From: Burkholderiales bacterium
GTDB taxonomy: Bacteria > Pseudomonadota > Gammaproteobacteria > Burkholderiales > Eutrophovitaceae
DNA: 64,000 bases
Reading direction: 5' to 3'
NCBI GenBank assembly: GCA_035528435.1
Contig: DATKYN010000062.1
Span: 22,396 to 86,395 of the forward strand
In this document: piece after piece, positions 8,989-18,371 of the stretch
Numbering within the stretch: the stretch's first letter is position 1
Layout: every line of letters begins with the position of its first letter
Program-made: the position numbers and the translations under genes
Notes under the pieces: model-generated
The model's input: the letters and a program-made list of their open reading frames with translations, nothing else
Told to the model about the DNA's origin: nothing
The model's database searches: none

Positions 8989-9887
8989 AAGTATTCATTA
9001 CCGGTGCGGCCGGTTACATTGGCGGGTCGGTTGCCGTGACCTTGATCAAGGCCGGCCACAAGGTGGCAGGGTTGGTGCGAAGTGAAAAAAGGGCCCGTCA
9101 GGTCGAGCCCTTCGGAATCGAACCGGTCATCGGTGATCTGACCGATTCCGCGGTGCTGGAGCGGTCCGCTGGTTCTGCGGATGCGGTCTTTAATGTTGCG
9201 AATTCCGACAACCGGGACGTTGTGGATCTGTTCCTTAATGTCATGCAAGGAACAGGCAAGACCTTTATCCAGTCCAGCGGCACCAGCATCGTTGCCGACC
9301 TTGCTGATGGCGAGCACCCGGGCAAGATATACGAAGAGACCACGCCGCTTGATCCGTTGCCCTTGCGTGCCGGCCGGGTAGCGCTGAACGATGCGGTTCT
9401 GGCTGCGTCGAACGCGCAGCTGCGGACGATGGTGATCTGCCCGTCATTGATTTACGGTATTGGACTCGGCGCATCGTCTGACAGCATGCAGGTGCCGTGG
9501 ATGATTGATCTGGCCAGGAAGCACGCTATTGGCCGCCATATCGGCCCTGGCGAGAATATCTGGTCCAACGTTCACATCAATGATCTCGTTGATTTGTATG
9601 TGCGCGCTTTGCAAGATGCACCTGGCGGCGCCCTCTACTACGCCGAGAATGGCGAGAATTCCATGCGTGAACTCGCCGAAGCGGTTAGCCGGATGCTCGG
9701 CCACGGGGGGCGCACGCAGCGCATGACGGTCGAAGAAGCCGTGGCCGAATGGGGCGAAGGTGGGGCGCGTTACACGATGGGCTCCAACAGCCGCGTGCGC
9801 GCGGTGCGTGCGCGGCAGGAACTCGGCTGGTCGCCATCAGCTCTATCGCTGCTCGATGAAGTCGAGCGCGGTTGCTACAGAAGTTGA
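8985..9887 (+). CDS. NAD-dependent epimerase/dehydratase family protein
   Basis: N-terminal MKVFITGAAGYIGG Rossmann motif. About 300 aa, extended-SDR architecture. Confidence 0.8.
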   Translation: MKVFITGAAGYIGGSVAVTLIKAGHKVAGLVRSEKRARQVEPFGIEPVIGDLTDSAVLERSAGSADAVFNVANSDNRDVVDLFLNVMQGTGKTFIQSSGTSIVADLADGEHPGKIYEETTPLDPLPLRAGRVALNDAVLAASNAQLRTMVICPSLIYGIGLGASSDSMQVPWMIDLARKHAIGRHIGPGENIWSNVHINDLVDLYVRALQDAPGGALYYAENGENSMRELAEAVSRMLGHGGRTQRMTVEEAVAEWGEGGARYTMGSNSRVRAVRARQELGWSPSALSLLDEVERGCYRS

Positions 9888-9898
9888 GCGGCCCGCCG

Positions 9899-10696
9899 CT
9901 ATTTCACCGTCTTGACGGCGATTCGCTGCTCGAATCGCAATTCGCTTGAGTCGACAACTTCCGCGCGCAGTTCTCCATCTCCCTCAGGCAGGAAATAGAA
10001 CCGGAACACCGGGTTTTCGCTGATCGTAAAATCAACATCGGCCGACATCACGAGCTGTTCGGAATAGTAAACGTTCACCTGCCGGACAAAATGCGGTTCG
10101 AGAATGACATTAGTCGACATGCCGGTGATTTGCGGGTGCCTGATCATCAATTGAGCCGGCACCGGTTCGCCGGCATTGCTTAGCATGTTATCCATGCTCA
10201 GGCGCATCTTGCCGAGCGAGGGATCTACTGGCCCGCCCGATATCGGAGCCGAGCAGCCGCCGGCGCCGAAGACCATGGCACTGTCCATCCAGAGGGAGCC
10301 GTCGTTCATCTCCGCAATGGCGCGAATTGGTGACGAGCTTTCCATGCGCACGCGCGTTTCAATATCTGCGCGCCCGCTTTTCGGCGTCATGGTGAATTTG
10401 ACGCCGAATGGCGAGGGGTTCTCATCGATGATTACGTATATATGCTTGATGTAGCGTTCCGGCTTCTGGTTGATATAGGTTCGCACCATCACCGGCACCA
10501 CCGCCGCGTCGTCCGCGCGTTGGCTGACGTATAACTGCAGTACGTCGGTTGCGTGCGCATGAACCGTTCGCTCCCCAAACAGTAAGGGTTTGAGCTGCAA
10601 CCAGTTCGCATTCGCGTCTGGTTCTGCGGTGTGTCCTTTCACCGCACTCAGCGAGCAGGCCAGCAACGCCAACAGACTCAGGATCCTTACTGTCAT
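9899..10696 (-). CDS. SoxY-SoxZ fusion-like carrier protein (quinoprotein-dehydrogenase-associated SoxYZ-like family)
   Basis: Signal peptide (MTVRILSLLALLACSLSAVKG). Internal GAGGC motif as at the SoxY carrier cysteine, followed by a SoxZ-like beta domain. Start set at the internal ATG at 10696. Confidence 0.65.
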   Translation of the reverse strand: MTVRILSLLALLACSLSAVKGHTAEPDANANWLQLKPLLFGERTVHAHATDVLQLYVSQRADDAAVVPVMVRTYINQKPERYIKHIYVIIDENPSPFGVKFTMTPKSGRADIETRVRMESSSPIRAIAEMNDGSLWMDSAMVFGAGGCSAPISGGPVDPSLGKMRLSMDNMLSNAGEPVPAQLMIRHPQITGMSTNVILEPHFVRQVNVYYSEQLVMSADVDFTISENPVFRFYFLPEGDGELRAEVVDSSELRFEQRIAVKTVK

Positions 10697-10822
10697 ATCG
10701 CATCCTCCTGAAGGCATCCAGAATATTAAAACTGAACGATCTCCGATCATATACCGATACTTTGCCGCAAGTGGCAGTAAACCGCGCCTCTTGAAATGGA
10801 CCTGGCGCATGCCGAATGCACG

Positions 10823-11608
10823 TCAGTTGCGGCTCTTGCGTGCCTTTGCGAGCTGTTCTTGCAGCTTGTCGATGCGCTGGTGATTGTCTTCGGAACCTAT
10901 GTAGGTCCGGAACAGCCACTCCTGAACACGCATGGCACTGTCCAGATCCTGGTTCAATACCTGGTTCGACAAGCGCTTGGTTTCGGCAAGACAGCCGCGG
11001 TCGTAACCGGCCATCTCTTTGGCGATGGCCCCGACAGAAGACATAAGCTCCCCTTCGGGGAAGACCTTGCTGATGTAACCCATGCGCTCAGCCTCAGCGG
11101 CATCGTATATCCGACCCGTGAGCGCGACTTCCCTGGCGCGTCCCATTCCGATGATGCGCCACAGCGGGTCCATGATCGGCGTCAATGACAACGCGATTTC
11201 ACGCTGTCCGAATTTGGCCCGTGTAGAGGCGTAACGGATATCGCACATCATGGTCAGATCGAAACCGCCCGCGATCGCGGCCCCGCCGACGGCGCATATG
11301 ACTGGTTGTTCGCAGAATAGTATGGCCCGGTAAGCGCGGTGAAACAGCTCGGTGTAGGTTTCATTGGAGATTTTCTCCAGTTTGCGAATCTCACCCAGAT
11401 CAAAACCTGCGGAAAAATATCGCTCCCCCCCGGTGAAAACAATGACGTTGACGTCGTCCCTTGTGCCCAATTCATTGAACATTGCCGTGACTTCGAGGAG
11501 CACGTCGGGCGCCAGTGCATTACCTTTGTCCGGCCGATTAATCGTGACCGTTGCGACACGCTGACTGACTTCAAGTAGCAAATACTGATAGCTCATATTC
11601 TTTTTCAT
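10823..11608 (-). CDS. enoyl-CoA hydratase/isomerase family protein
   Basis: Crotonase pattern (VATVTINRPDKGNAL...VIVFTGGERYFSAGFDL...AVGGAAIAGGFDL). ATG at 11608 is preceded by GAAGGA. Confidence 0.85.
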   Translation of the reverse strand: MKKNMSYQYLLLEVSQRVATVTINRPDKGNALAPDVLLEVTAMFNELGTRDDVNVIVFTGGERYFSAGFDLGEIRKLEKISNETYTELFHRAYRAILFCEQPVICAVGGAAIAGGFDLTMMCDIRYASTRAKFGQREIALSLTPIMDPLWRIIGMGRAREVALTGRIYDAAEAERMGYISKVFPEGELMSSVGAIAKEMAGYDRGCLAETKRLSNQVLNQDLDSAMRVQEWLFRTYIGSEDNHQRIDKLQEQLAKARKSRN

Positions 11609-12178
11609 TTCCTTCGACCGGGTTCGTGATGACGAAATCGTTCGGGAGTCCCGAACAGGAAGCCGCGAACTCTGTGTAAACGACAATAATCCGCGCGTGT
11701 CAGAACCTCATTCTCCCAGATGCAGCTGGCCGCTGAAATACGTCGTTCATTACGATGCGGCTGCCATCGCTGTCTGGCAATACGATGACAGCACATGCCC
11801 GGCCGACGTGAATCTCCGGGCACGGCACCTCGCAGTGAGGCTGGCTTTGCAAGGCCTTATTGCTCGTACATTTGTGCATTTGTCCTCTGTGTACTGCGCA
11901 CATCGTGTGCGACTGGTATCCTTGTACACTGTTAGAACCTGCAAGCCGTGCACTGCTGCGACCGCTTAACATGACCTATGATCGTGGGGCGGTGACTGCG
12001 GGTCGGGTGCCTGCTGGAAACGGGCTTGGGAGGCAGACTTGTTCCGACCAGCTGTGGAAGAGGGGGTGAGTCCGGGCATGAAATTTTGGCTACGAACATG
12101 AAGTTCATCAGTCGCGATAGATCATGAACGACACGGGTACACGTCTGGTAAATATTTTGACGGAAGGGGTCGACGAAC

Positions 12179-12409
12179 GTGGAAAATGAAACAAATCGGA
12201 CCAAGGTAATGGTTCTGACCGGAACCTATCGTGTTAAGGGTTTCATCAGTCTCGTCCCGGGCGCCAGGGTGACCGACTACATGGTCGAAGCCAAGGATTT
12301 TATCGCCGTAACCGATGCGGAGGTACGTGACCTGAACGACCGTCACTTGTTGAATGCTCCATTTCTGAATATTAGCCGTGAGAGCGTTCACATCGTCGTA
12401 CCATTGTAG
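12179..12409 (+). CDS. hypothetical small protein (possible small beta-barrel)
   Basis: 76 codons from GTG (alternative ATG at 12209). Beta-strand-rich sequence, isolated in a non-coding gap, with no competing ORF of similar quality. Confidence 0.5.
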   Translation: MENETNRTKVMVLTGTYRVKGFISLVPGARVTDYMVEAKDFIAVTDAEVRDLNDRHLLNAPFLNISRESVHIVVPL

Positions 12410-12499
12410 AAAACGAATACTCCGCTGCTTGGGTTACTCGCGTCGACGACGGTCCTTGCGCACTTTAGCCCACATTCTTCCAACGGTACCGTAAAGCCT

Positions 12500-13423
12500 A
12501 TGAATCTGATTTCACTTGTCCTCGCACTCTTGATTGAGCAGCTACGCCCGCTACCGTCGGGTAATGTCGTGCACTCGTCGCTGTCTCAATACATAAGCAG
12601 CGTCGCCAGACAATTCAATTCCGGGGAGCGCCGTCAAGGTGTAATGGCCTGGCTGGTTGCGGTACTGCCGTGGGTGCTTGGGATTGCCTTGCTCCACTCC
12701 TTGCTGGATTACATTGGCGCGCTGCTGGAGCTGGCCTTCAATGTTGCGGTTTTATATTTTCTGATCGGTTTCCGACAGTTCGGAAGTGGATTCAATTCGG
12801 TTCTTGAGGCGCTTCGTAACGATGATGCCAATGCTGCGCGCCAGGCGCTTGCGGACTGGCGTAACCAGCCCGCCGATGAGCTTGAATCTGCAGAGGTGGC
12901 AAAACTGGCAATCGAGGATGGCCTGATCGGTGCGCAACGCCACCTTTTCGGCGTGATCTTCTGGTTTGTCGTGTTGCCCGGCCCCGTCGGTGCCGTGCTG
13001 TATTTTCTGTCGGCGATGCTGGTTGAACGGTGGGGTCTGCGTCAAGGAGAGGAGTACATCGAGTTTGGCCGATTTGCTCGCCAGGCCTTTGAGGTGCTTG
13101 ACTGGATTCCAGCCCGGCTTACCGCGATCACGTTCGCGATTGTCGGTAATTTCGAGGATGCAGTGTATTGCTGGCGCACTCAGTCGAATGCGTGGGGCGA
13201 CCCCGGACAGGGGGCTGTACTGTCTGCCGGCGCAGGTGCGCTCGGCGTGCGCCTTGGCGACGCGATTCACGAGAATGGGACGGTTGTGTTTAGACCGGAG
13301 CTCGGGTTGGGTGATGCCGCGAACGCCGATAACATGGCCAGCGCGATTGACCTGGTACGGCGGTCAGTGCTGATCTGGTTGTTCCTGATTGCATTGGTTA
13401 CGATGGCTTTTTGGATCGGCTGA
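12500..13423 (+). CDS. CobD/CbiB family (AmpE-like) integral membrane protein
   Basis: 307 aa. The N-terminal LxLLIEQLRPLP motif and multi-TM architecture resemble the AmpE/CobD family. Confidence 0.65.
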   Translation: MNLISLVLALLIEQLRPLPSGNVVHSSLSQYISSVARQFNSGERRQGVMAWLVAVLPWVLGIALLHSLLDYIGALLELAFNVAVLYFLIGFRQFGSGFNSVLEALRNDDANAARQALADWRNQPADELESAEVAKLAIEDGLIGAQRHLFGVIFWFVVLPGPVGAVLYFLSAMLVERWGLRQGEEYIEFGRFARQAFEVLDWIPARLTAITFAIVGNFEDAVYCWRTQSNAWGDPGQGAVLSAGAGALGVRLGDAIHENGTVVFRPELGLGDAANADNMASAIDLVRRSVLIWLFLIALVTMAFWIG

Positions 13424-13495
13424 GACCGGTCCGTAGCGACCCGGGTCCTGGTGCTAGTGGACCTTGCTTCGGGTCCGGTGGTTCTGTCTATTCCC

Positions 13496-14500
13496 TCATG
13501 CCCATGCCGGTGGCTTTGCCTCCAGCTCGGCGGCTAGTTCCCGGTACGCCTTCCAGCGGCGGGGATTGATGTCTGCTCTCTCGACCGCTGCAAGTACAGC
13601 ACATCCTGGCTCGACGATGTGCCTGCAATCATCGAAGCGGCAGTCTCCGATAAAGGGGCCGAATTCCCGAAAACACGCGACAAGCTCCTGCTGCGGTACG
13701 TGCATGAGCCCGAAGGACTGTAATCCCGGAGAATCAATGATGCTGGTTTCGCCGCCCAGGTGATAGAGCTGGGCACTGGTTGTTGTGTGCTTGCCGGCAT
13801 CGAGAGCCTGCGAAATCTCTGCGGTACGTGCCAGTGCATCAGGAATCAATCCGTTGATGATTGTCGACTTGCCCATACCCGATTGACCGACCAATACACT
13901 TTTGTGCCCGCGGAGGATATCTCTAAGCGGAGAAATATCCCGCTTCGCGCATAACGGCTCAACCCTGTAACCGAGTGTGCTGTAGAGGGCGAGCCGGGTG
14001 GCGGTGCGGGCAGTTTCGTCGGCCAGATCGACCTTGTTCAGCACGATAACTGCCTTGATGCCCTGTTGCTCGCACGCCACCAGACATCGCATCAGCAGGT
14101 CTTCATTAAAAGCCGGGCTTCCGGCTACCACGATGACCGCCTGCGTAATATTTGCAGCGATAATTTTTTGCCGATAGCGATCAGAGCGATACAACAAGGA
14201 TGTGCGAGGATGTACGGCTCGAATCGTTCCCTGATTGTCGCCAGAGCGCTCAACATCGACGACGTCACCACAGGCGCAGGTGCTCTTCTTTCCGCGCGGA
14301 TAGCAGTGAACCAGCTCCTCATGTGAAAGCTCGACTGCGTAGTGGCGGCCATGGGCTGCGGTGACCAAACCGGGTTCAGTGGATACTTTGTTTTTGTATT
14401 GCGTCACTTTTAGTGTTGCGTCACTTTGTAATCGACCGCTGGCAGCGGTTATCGTCCCTCTGCAATGATTTCCTGAATTGGTGCCATTAACAGTGCGCAT
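13496..14500 (-). CDS. rsgA: ribosome small subunit-dependent GTPase A
   Basis: Circularly permuted GTPase motifs VLNKVDL ... GQSGMGKST. C-terminal zinc cluster CRFDDCRHIVEPGCAV. Start uncertain (14611 ATG, 14500 ATG or 14407 GTG). Confidence 0.85.
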   Translation of the reverse strand: MRTVNGTNSGNHCRGTITAASGRLQSDATLKVTQYKNKVSTEPGLVTAAHGRHYAVELSHEELVHCYPRGKKSTCACGDVVDVERSGDNQGTIRAVHPRTSLLYRSDRYRQKIIAANITQAVIVVAGSPAFNEDLLMRCLVACEQQGIKAVIVLNKVDLADETARTATRLALYSTLGYRVEPLCAKRDISPLRDILRGHKSVLVGQSGMGKSTIINGLIPDALARTAEISQALDAGKHTTTSAQLYHLGGETSIIDSPGLQSFGLMHVPQQELVACFREFGPFIGDCRFDDCRHIVEPGCAVLAAVERADINPRRWKAYRELAAELEAKPPAWA

Positions 14501-14736
14501 GGTAATGCATGCGACTGCGCTGCAGATACTGTTACGCAGACGAGCGCGTTCGGGCGCCACATGCAGCGCTGGATGTTCGCGTAGGATATGATTCAGTAAC
14601 GGTTGCCGCAAGACAGGGGTGCCGTGGGAAAAACTGGCCGTTTATTCCTTCCTGGCTCCATCGCGGGATCGGCGCAGCCTGCCAGCCCGGTTGAAGCGAC
14701 CATTCGCGGTTGAGCAACTTCATTTAAGGCCAGTTG

Positions 14737-15831
14737 ATGCCTGCAGAATTCGATTCCGTTCTTGAATACCTTGGCTTGAGTCTTCAATCCATCGTTATCC
14801 TGACCTTGTCCGCATTGCTTGGCTACTTGCTGGCCATTGCGGCCTCGTTTCTCGCGCGGCGCGTTTCGCGATTCGAAAATGCAGGCCTGCTGGCAGCTAT
14901 CGCTGCGCGATGTGCCGCCCCGTTGCGTTTCTTCTTGCCGATCCTGGCAATGTCTGTGGCGCTTTCCGGATTTGATCATTCCCCTGGTCTAGCCGAGCAG
15001 TTGCCACGGATATTTTCGATTCTGGCGATCATGGCCACCGGTTGGCTTGCGATACGTGCGGTGCGGGGATTTGTTGACTATTTTGTCACTGCCTACAGCA
15101 TCGACCATGCCGACAATCTGACCGCGCGACAGATGCAAACGCAAATTCGCGTGCTCGGTCGTGTGATGGTGTTCGTTGTTTATATTGCGACCGCTGCCGG
15201 CGTGTTGATGTCGATCCCGAGTATTCGGCACATCGGTGTCAGTATTTTTGCTTCCGCTGGCATCGCCGGGCTCGCCCTCGGCCTGGCGGCGCGACCGGCA
15301 TTAAGTAATCTTATCGCCGGCATTCAGATCGCGCTGACCCAACCGATACGTCTCGAAGACGCGGTCGTCGTTGAAGGAGAATGGGGTTGGGTCGAGGAAA
15401 TCCATATGACTTACGTCGTCATCCGGATCTGGGATCTGCGTCGCCTGATACTTCCCATTTCGTACTTCATCGAGAAGCCATTTCAGAATTGGACCCGGAC
15501 CACTGCGGATATTCTTGGCTCGGTGATGCTGCACATGGATTACGGTGTGCCGGTGGATGAGATCCGCGCCGAATTTGCACGCGCACTGCGTGAATCGAAC
15601 TACTGGGACGGCAAGGTCGAAGTCGTTCACGTGACCGACTGCACTGAAAAGAGCATGCAGATCCGCTTGCTGATGAGCGCCGGCAATTCGCCGGACGCGT
15701 GGGAATTGCGATGCGAAGTGCGTGAGCGCCTGATCAGTTATCTGCAACGCCACCATCCAGAATCATTACCGAAGATCCGCCTCGTAACTGCTACGGATGA
15801 TCCAGTCCTTGCAGTGGAGAATGTTACTTGA
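14737..15831 (+). CDS. mechanosensitive ion channel family protein (MscS type)
   Basis: N-terminal TM helices, then the MscS core (LSNLIAGIQIALTQPIRLEDAVVVEGEWGWVEEIHMTYVVIRIWD). Confidence 0.85.
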   Translation: MPAEFDSVLEYLGLSLQSIVILTLSALLGYLLAIAASFLARRVSRFENAGLLAAIAARCAAPLRFFLPILAMSVALSGFDHSPGLAEQLPRIFSILAIMATGWLAIRAVRGFVDYFVTAYSIDHADNLTARQMQTQIRVLGRVMVFVVYIATAAGVLMSIPSIRHIGVSIFASAGIAGLALGLAARPALSNLIAGIQIALTQPIRLEDAVVVEGEWGWVEEIHMTYVVIRIWDLRRLILPISYFIEKPFQNWTRTTADILGSVMLHMDYGVPVDEIRAEFARALRESNYWDGKVEVVHVTDCTEKSMQIRLLMSAGNSPDAWELRCEVRERLISYLQRHHPESLPKIRLVTATDDPVLAVENVT

Positions 15832-15970
15832 AGTGACCTCGCGGGTGGTTGCCTGCTTCATGCCCTGACCGTGCCTACCCGAATAGTACGCCTGGCGGCA
15901 GGCGCGTTACGGTCGCCGGGAACAGCAAAGATGCTTTCGCATGCAGCACTAGTGCTGTCAGATGAATCGG

Positions 15971-16972
15971 TCAACCAAGAGAAAATGCCTCGGACAACAA
16001 CTGGTAAGACCGGTGTCGCGGCGCCGTATCATATGTCCACGTCACGATAACCAGTTCTTCAAGCTCGAAATCTCGCGCCAGTTCCGAGAGTTGCTCTGCC
16101 ACCTGCACACCGGTACCGACCACTGCCTTGCTGCGCAGCGATTCGATGGTCGCGCGCTCATGGTCAGCGTATGCGTGTGCCGCCGCTTCTTCCGGCGATA
16201 TTAATGGGTCGCGCAGGCCCTGTTCGAAACCGACGCGCCAGTGCTCTCGCGTTTTCAGCAGATGTCTGGCTTCAGCTTCGCTGTCGGCCGCGAGCGCCCA
16301 CACGCAGATTGTCGCCTGTGGTTCCGGATAACGTTCACTCGGACGATAATTCCGCCGGTATAGTTCCAGCGCCTGACTGGCTCCCCTGCCGTCGCTGAAG
16401 AAATAAGCGAACGCATAAGGCAGACCGAAGTGCGCAGCGAGCTGTGCGCCATAGTCGGAGCTGCCAAGAATCCATATTTCGGGACTGGTTGGCCCCGTCG
16501 GGTGCGCCCTGATTTTCTCAAACGGGTGCCCTGCCTGGAGCGGTGCTCCAGATACCCACGCACTGAGGTCAAGCACCTGACGTGGAAATTCTTCGGCGGC
16601 ATTTGAATGCGGGTTGAGGGCCAGAGCGGTCAGACGATCCGAGCCCGGCGCCCGGCCGACACCCAGATCGATGCGTCCTGGTGCAATAGCTTCCAGCACA
16701 CGAAATTGCTCGGCTACTTTCAGCGCTGAGTAGTGTGGCAACATCACGCCGGCACTGCCAATCCGGATGCGTGAAGTCGTCGCTGCAATGGCCGCCATCA
16801 GCACTTCCGGCGCTGTACCGACGATGCTGCCACTGTCGTGATGTTCCGAGACCCAGTATCGGTGGTACCCCAATGCCTCGCAGTGGCGTGCGAGTTCAAG
16901 CGATTCGCGAATCGAATCGGCCTGACTACGTCCTTTTGACGCAGTGGATTGGTCGAGCACCGATAGTTTCAT
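15971..16972 (-). CDS. LLM-class flavin-dependent oxidoreductase (luciferase-like monooxygenase family)
   Basis: MKLSVLDQS...LGYHRYWVSEHH... is typical of the YhbW/LLM family. Start set at the internal ATG at 16972. Confidence 0.8.
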   Translation of the reverse strand: MKLSVLDQSTASKGRSQADSIRESLELARHCEALGYHRYWVSEHHDSGSIVGTAPEVLMAAIAATTSRIRIGSAGVMLPHYSALKVAEQFRVLEAIAPGRIDLGVGRAPGSDRLTALALNPHSNAAEEFPRQVLDLSAWVSGAPLQAGHPFEKIRAHPTGPTSPEIWILGSSDYGAQLAAHFGLPYAFAYFFSDGRGASQALELYRRNYRPSERYPEPQATICVWALAADSEAEARHLLKTREHWRVGFEQGLRDPLISPEEAAAHAYADHERATIESLRSKAVVGTGVQVAEQLSELARDFELEELVIVTWTYDTAPRHRSYQLLSEAFSLG

Positions 16973-17114
16973 GTTCGTTGTCTTTCGACTTGCGCCTCTG
17001 TTCCCAATTTGTTCTCCGATGCCGATCAGTCCCTCCATGTCAGCTCGCAGCCAGACTGCCCCATGGTACGCCGATCATTAGCAAGAAAACCGCTATGTTA
17101 CCCGCCGGTTAGCA

Positions 17115-17813
17115 CTACGCGCCTGATTTGGGATTCGTCCTGACGTTGCGCCGTCGCTTGGTGATACGCTCGCGAACCAGCTCGACGACCACCGGAATCA
17201 ATGTGAGCCCACCGAGCGCCAGTGCCGACAGGATAATCCGGTTGGTTTCGCCGCTAGCCATTTCGGCTCCAAAATGGGCGAGCAGAAAGCTGATGGGAGC
17301 AACCCCCGCAATGGTCGCAATCGCGAAACGCCACGTCGACAGCACTGTCAGCCCCGCAGCGTAGCTGACGACATCAAACGACATGAACGGAAGGGCCCGG
17401 CTTACAAACACCATTGCCATCAGCGCATTCTGGGATCCGAATAAACCCTGCGAAAGTCGGTCACCGAACCAGCGGTGTAACGTCTCGTGACCGACCAGCC
17501 GTGCCAGACCAAAGGCCGCCAGCGCTCCGGCCTCGGCGCCTAGCAGGATGTAAAACGTGCCCCAGCCGTGTCCATAGGCGGCGCCGGCGGCCAATGCGAT
17601 CGGCGCACTGGGGATCGGGCTGATCAGGATTGCCAGCGTCATCAGGAGAATGATGAGCGCTGGTCCCAAACCCCCTAGCCGAATAATCCAATCGTAAAGG
17701 GCAGTCTTGTCTGTGATTGTTGTCAGCGTGCCGGTTGCGTGCAACGACCAATAGAGCGCGGCGAGCGCACAGAGCAGGATGAGGCCCAGGGTCAATTTGC
17801 TTCGAAGTGTCAA
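17115..17813 (-). CDS. TVP38/TMEM64 family (DedA-related, VTT domain) membrane protein
   Basis: 232 aa polytopic protein. The pattern (LISPIPSAPIALAAGAAYG..WG) is characteristic of the VTT domain. Confidence 0.7.
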   Translation of the reverse strand: MTLRSKLTLGLILLCALAALYWSLHATGTLTTITDKTALYDWIIRLGGLGPALIILLMTLAILISPIPSAPIALAAGAAYGHGWGTFYILLGAEAGALAAFGLARLVGHETLHRWFGDRLSQGLFGSQNALMAMVFVSRALPFMSFDVVSYAAGLTVLSTWRFAIATIAGVAPISFLLAHFGAEMASGETNRIILSALALGGLTLIPVVVELVRERITKRRRNVRTNPKSGA

Positions 17814-18008
17814 CAGAATTTCCCCGAGATCTGTCTGGCAACGCCAGTGCGTATCGGCAAAATTTGATGATTGATGCCAATCAGTGCGATGATTTCGTGC
17901 CGCGTCTGCAACCTTCCATCAGTACGCCGGTCTTCGCAGCAAATCAACGGAGCATTCTAGATTCGACCGCTCGTTTCATGAGCAGGACTTGCTTCGCATG
18001 CCATGCGA

Positions 18009-18350
18009 TCAAAGATCGAACAGCGCGTCCAGCTTGGCCGCGCAGATGAAATCGTTTTCACTAATGCCTTTTATGGCGTGGGTCATGTAGGCGACTTCGC
18101 ATTTGTTGTAACCAACCGTGATATCGGGATGGTGATCCTCACGATGGGAAATCCAGGCGGTGGCGTTAACGAAGGCCAGGGTCTGATAGTAGTCCTTGAA
18201 ATTGTAGACTTTTCGGATCATGCCGTCCTGGTATCCCCAGCCCTGAACGCCATTAAGCATGTGGCCGATCTGTACCTCTGACATTGGGTCGACGCCACCT
18301 TCACAGGGTTTGCATTTCTTGCGGACGAGGTCTTGTGCAGTTGTACTCAT
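18009..18350 (-). CDS. phhB: 4a-hydroxytetrahydrobiopterin dehydratase (pterin-4-alpha-carbinolamine dehydratase)
   Basis: 113 aa. AFVN..A..SHREDHHPD and ...THAIKGISENDF match the PCD/DCoH signature. Confidence 0.85.
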   Translation of the reverse strand: MSTTAQDLVRKKCKPCEGGVDPMSEVQIGHMLNGVQGWGYQDGMIRKVYNFKDYYQTLAFVNATAWISHREDHHPDITVGYNKCEVAYMTHAIKGISENDFICAAKLDALFDL

Positions 18351-18371
18351 ATCAGTTTACCTATCGGGTGA

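Noticed and set aside
8526-9317. 263-codon minus-strand ORF
   Set aside because: Most of it is antisense to the well-supported NAD-dependent epimerase-family gene (clear GAAGYIGG motif on the plus strand), and it is Cys/Ser/Pro/Arg-rich, as typical shadow ORFs are. Only its last about 70 codons remain ambiguous (see finding at 8488-8984).
15944-15957. Perfect 14-bp palindrome CAGCACTAGTGCTG between the convergent MscS and LLM oxidoreductase genes
   Set aside because: It is most simply a weak bidirectional terminator stem or a chance palindrome containing a SpeI-like core. There is a single copy in the window and no associated T-tract.
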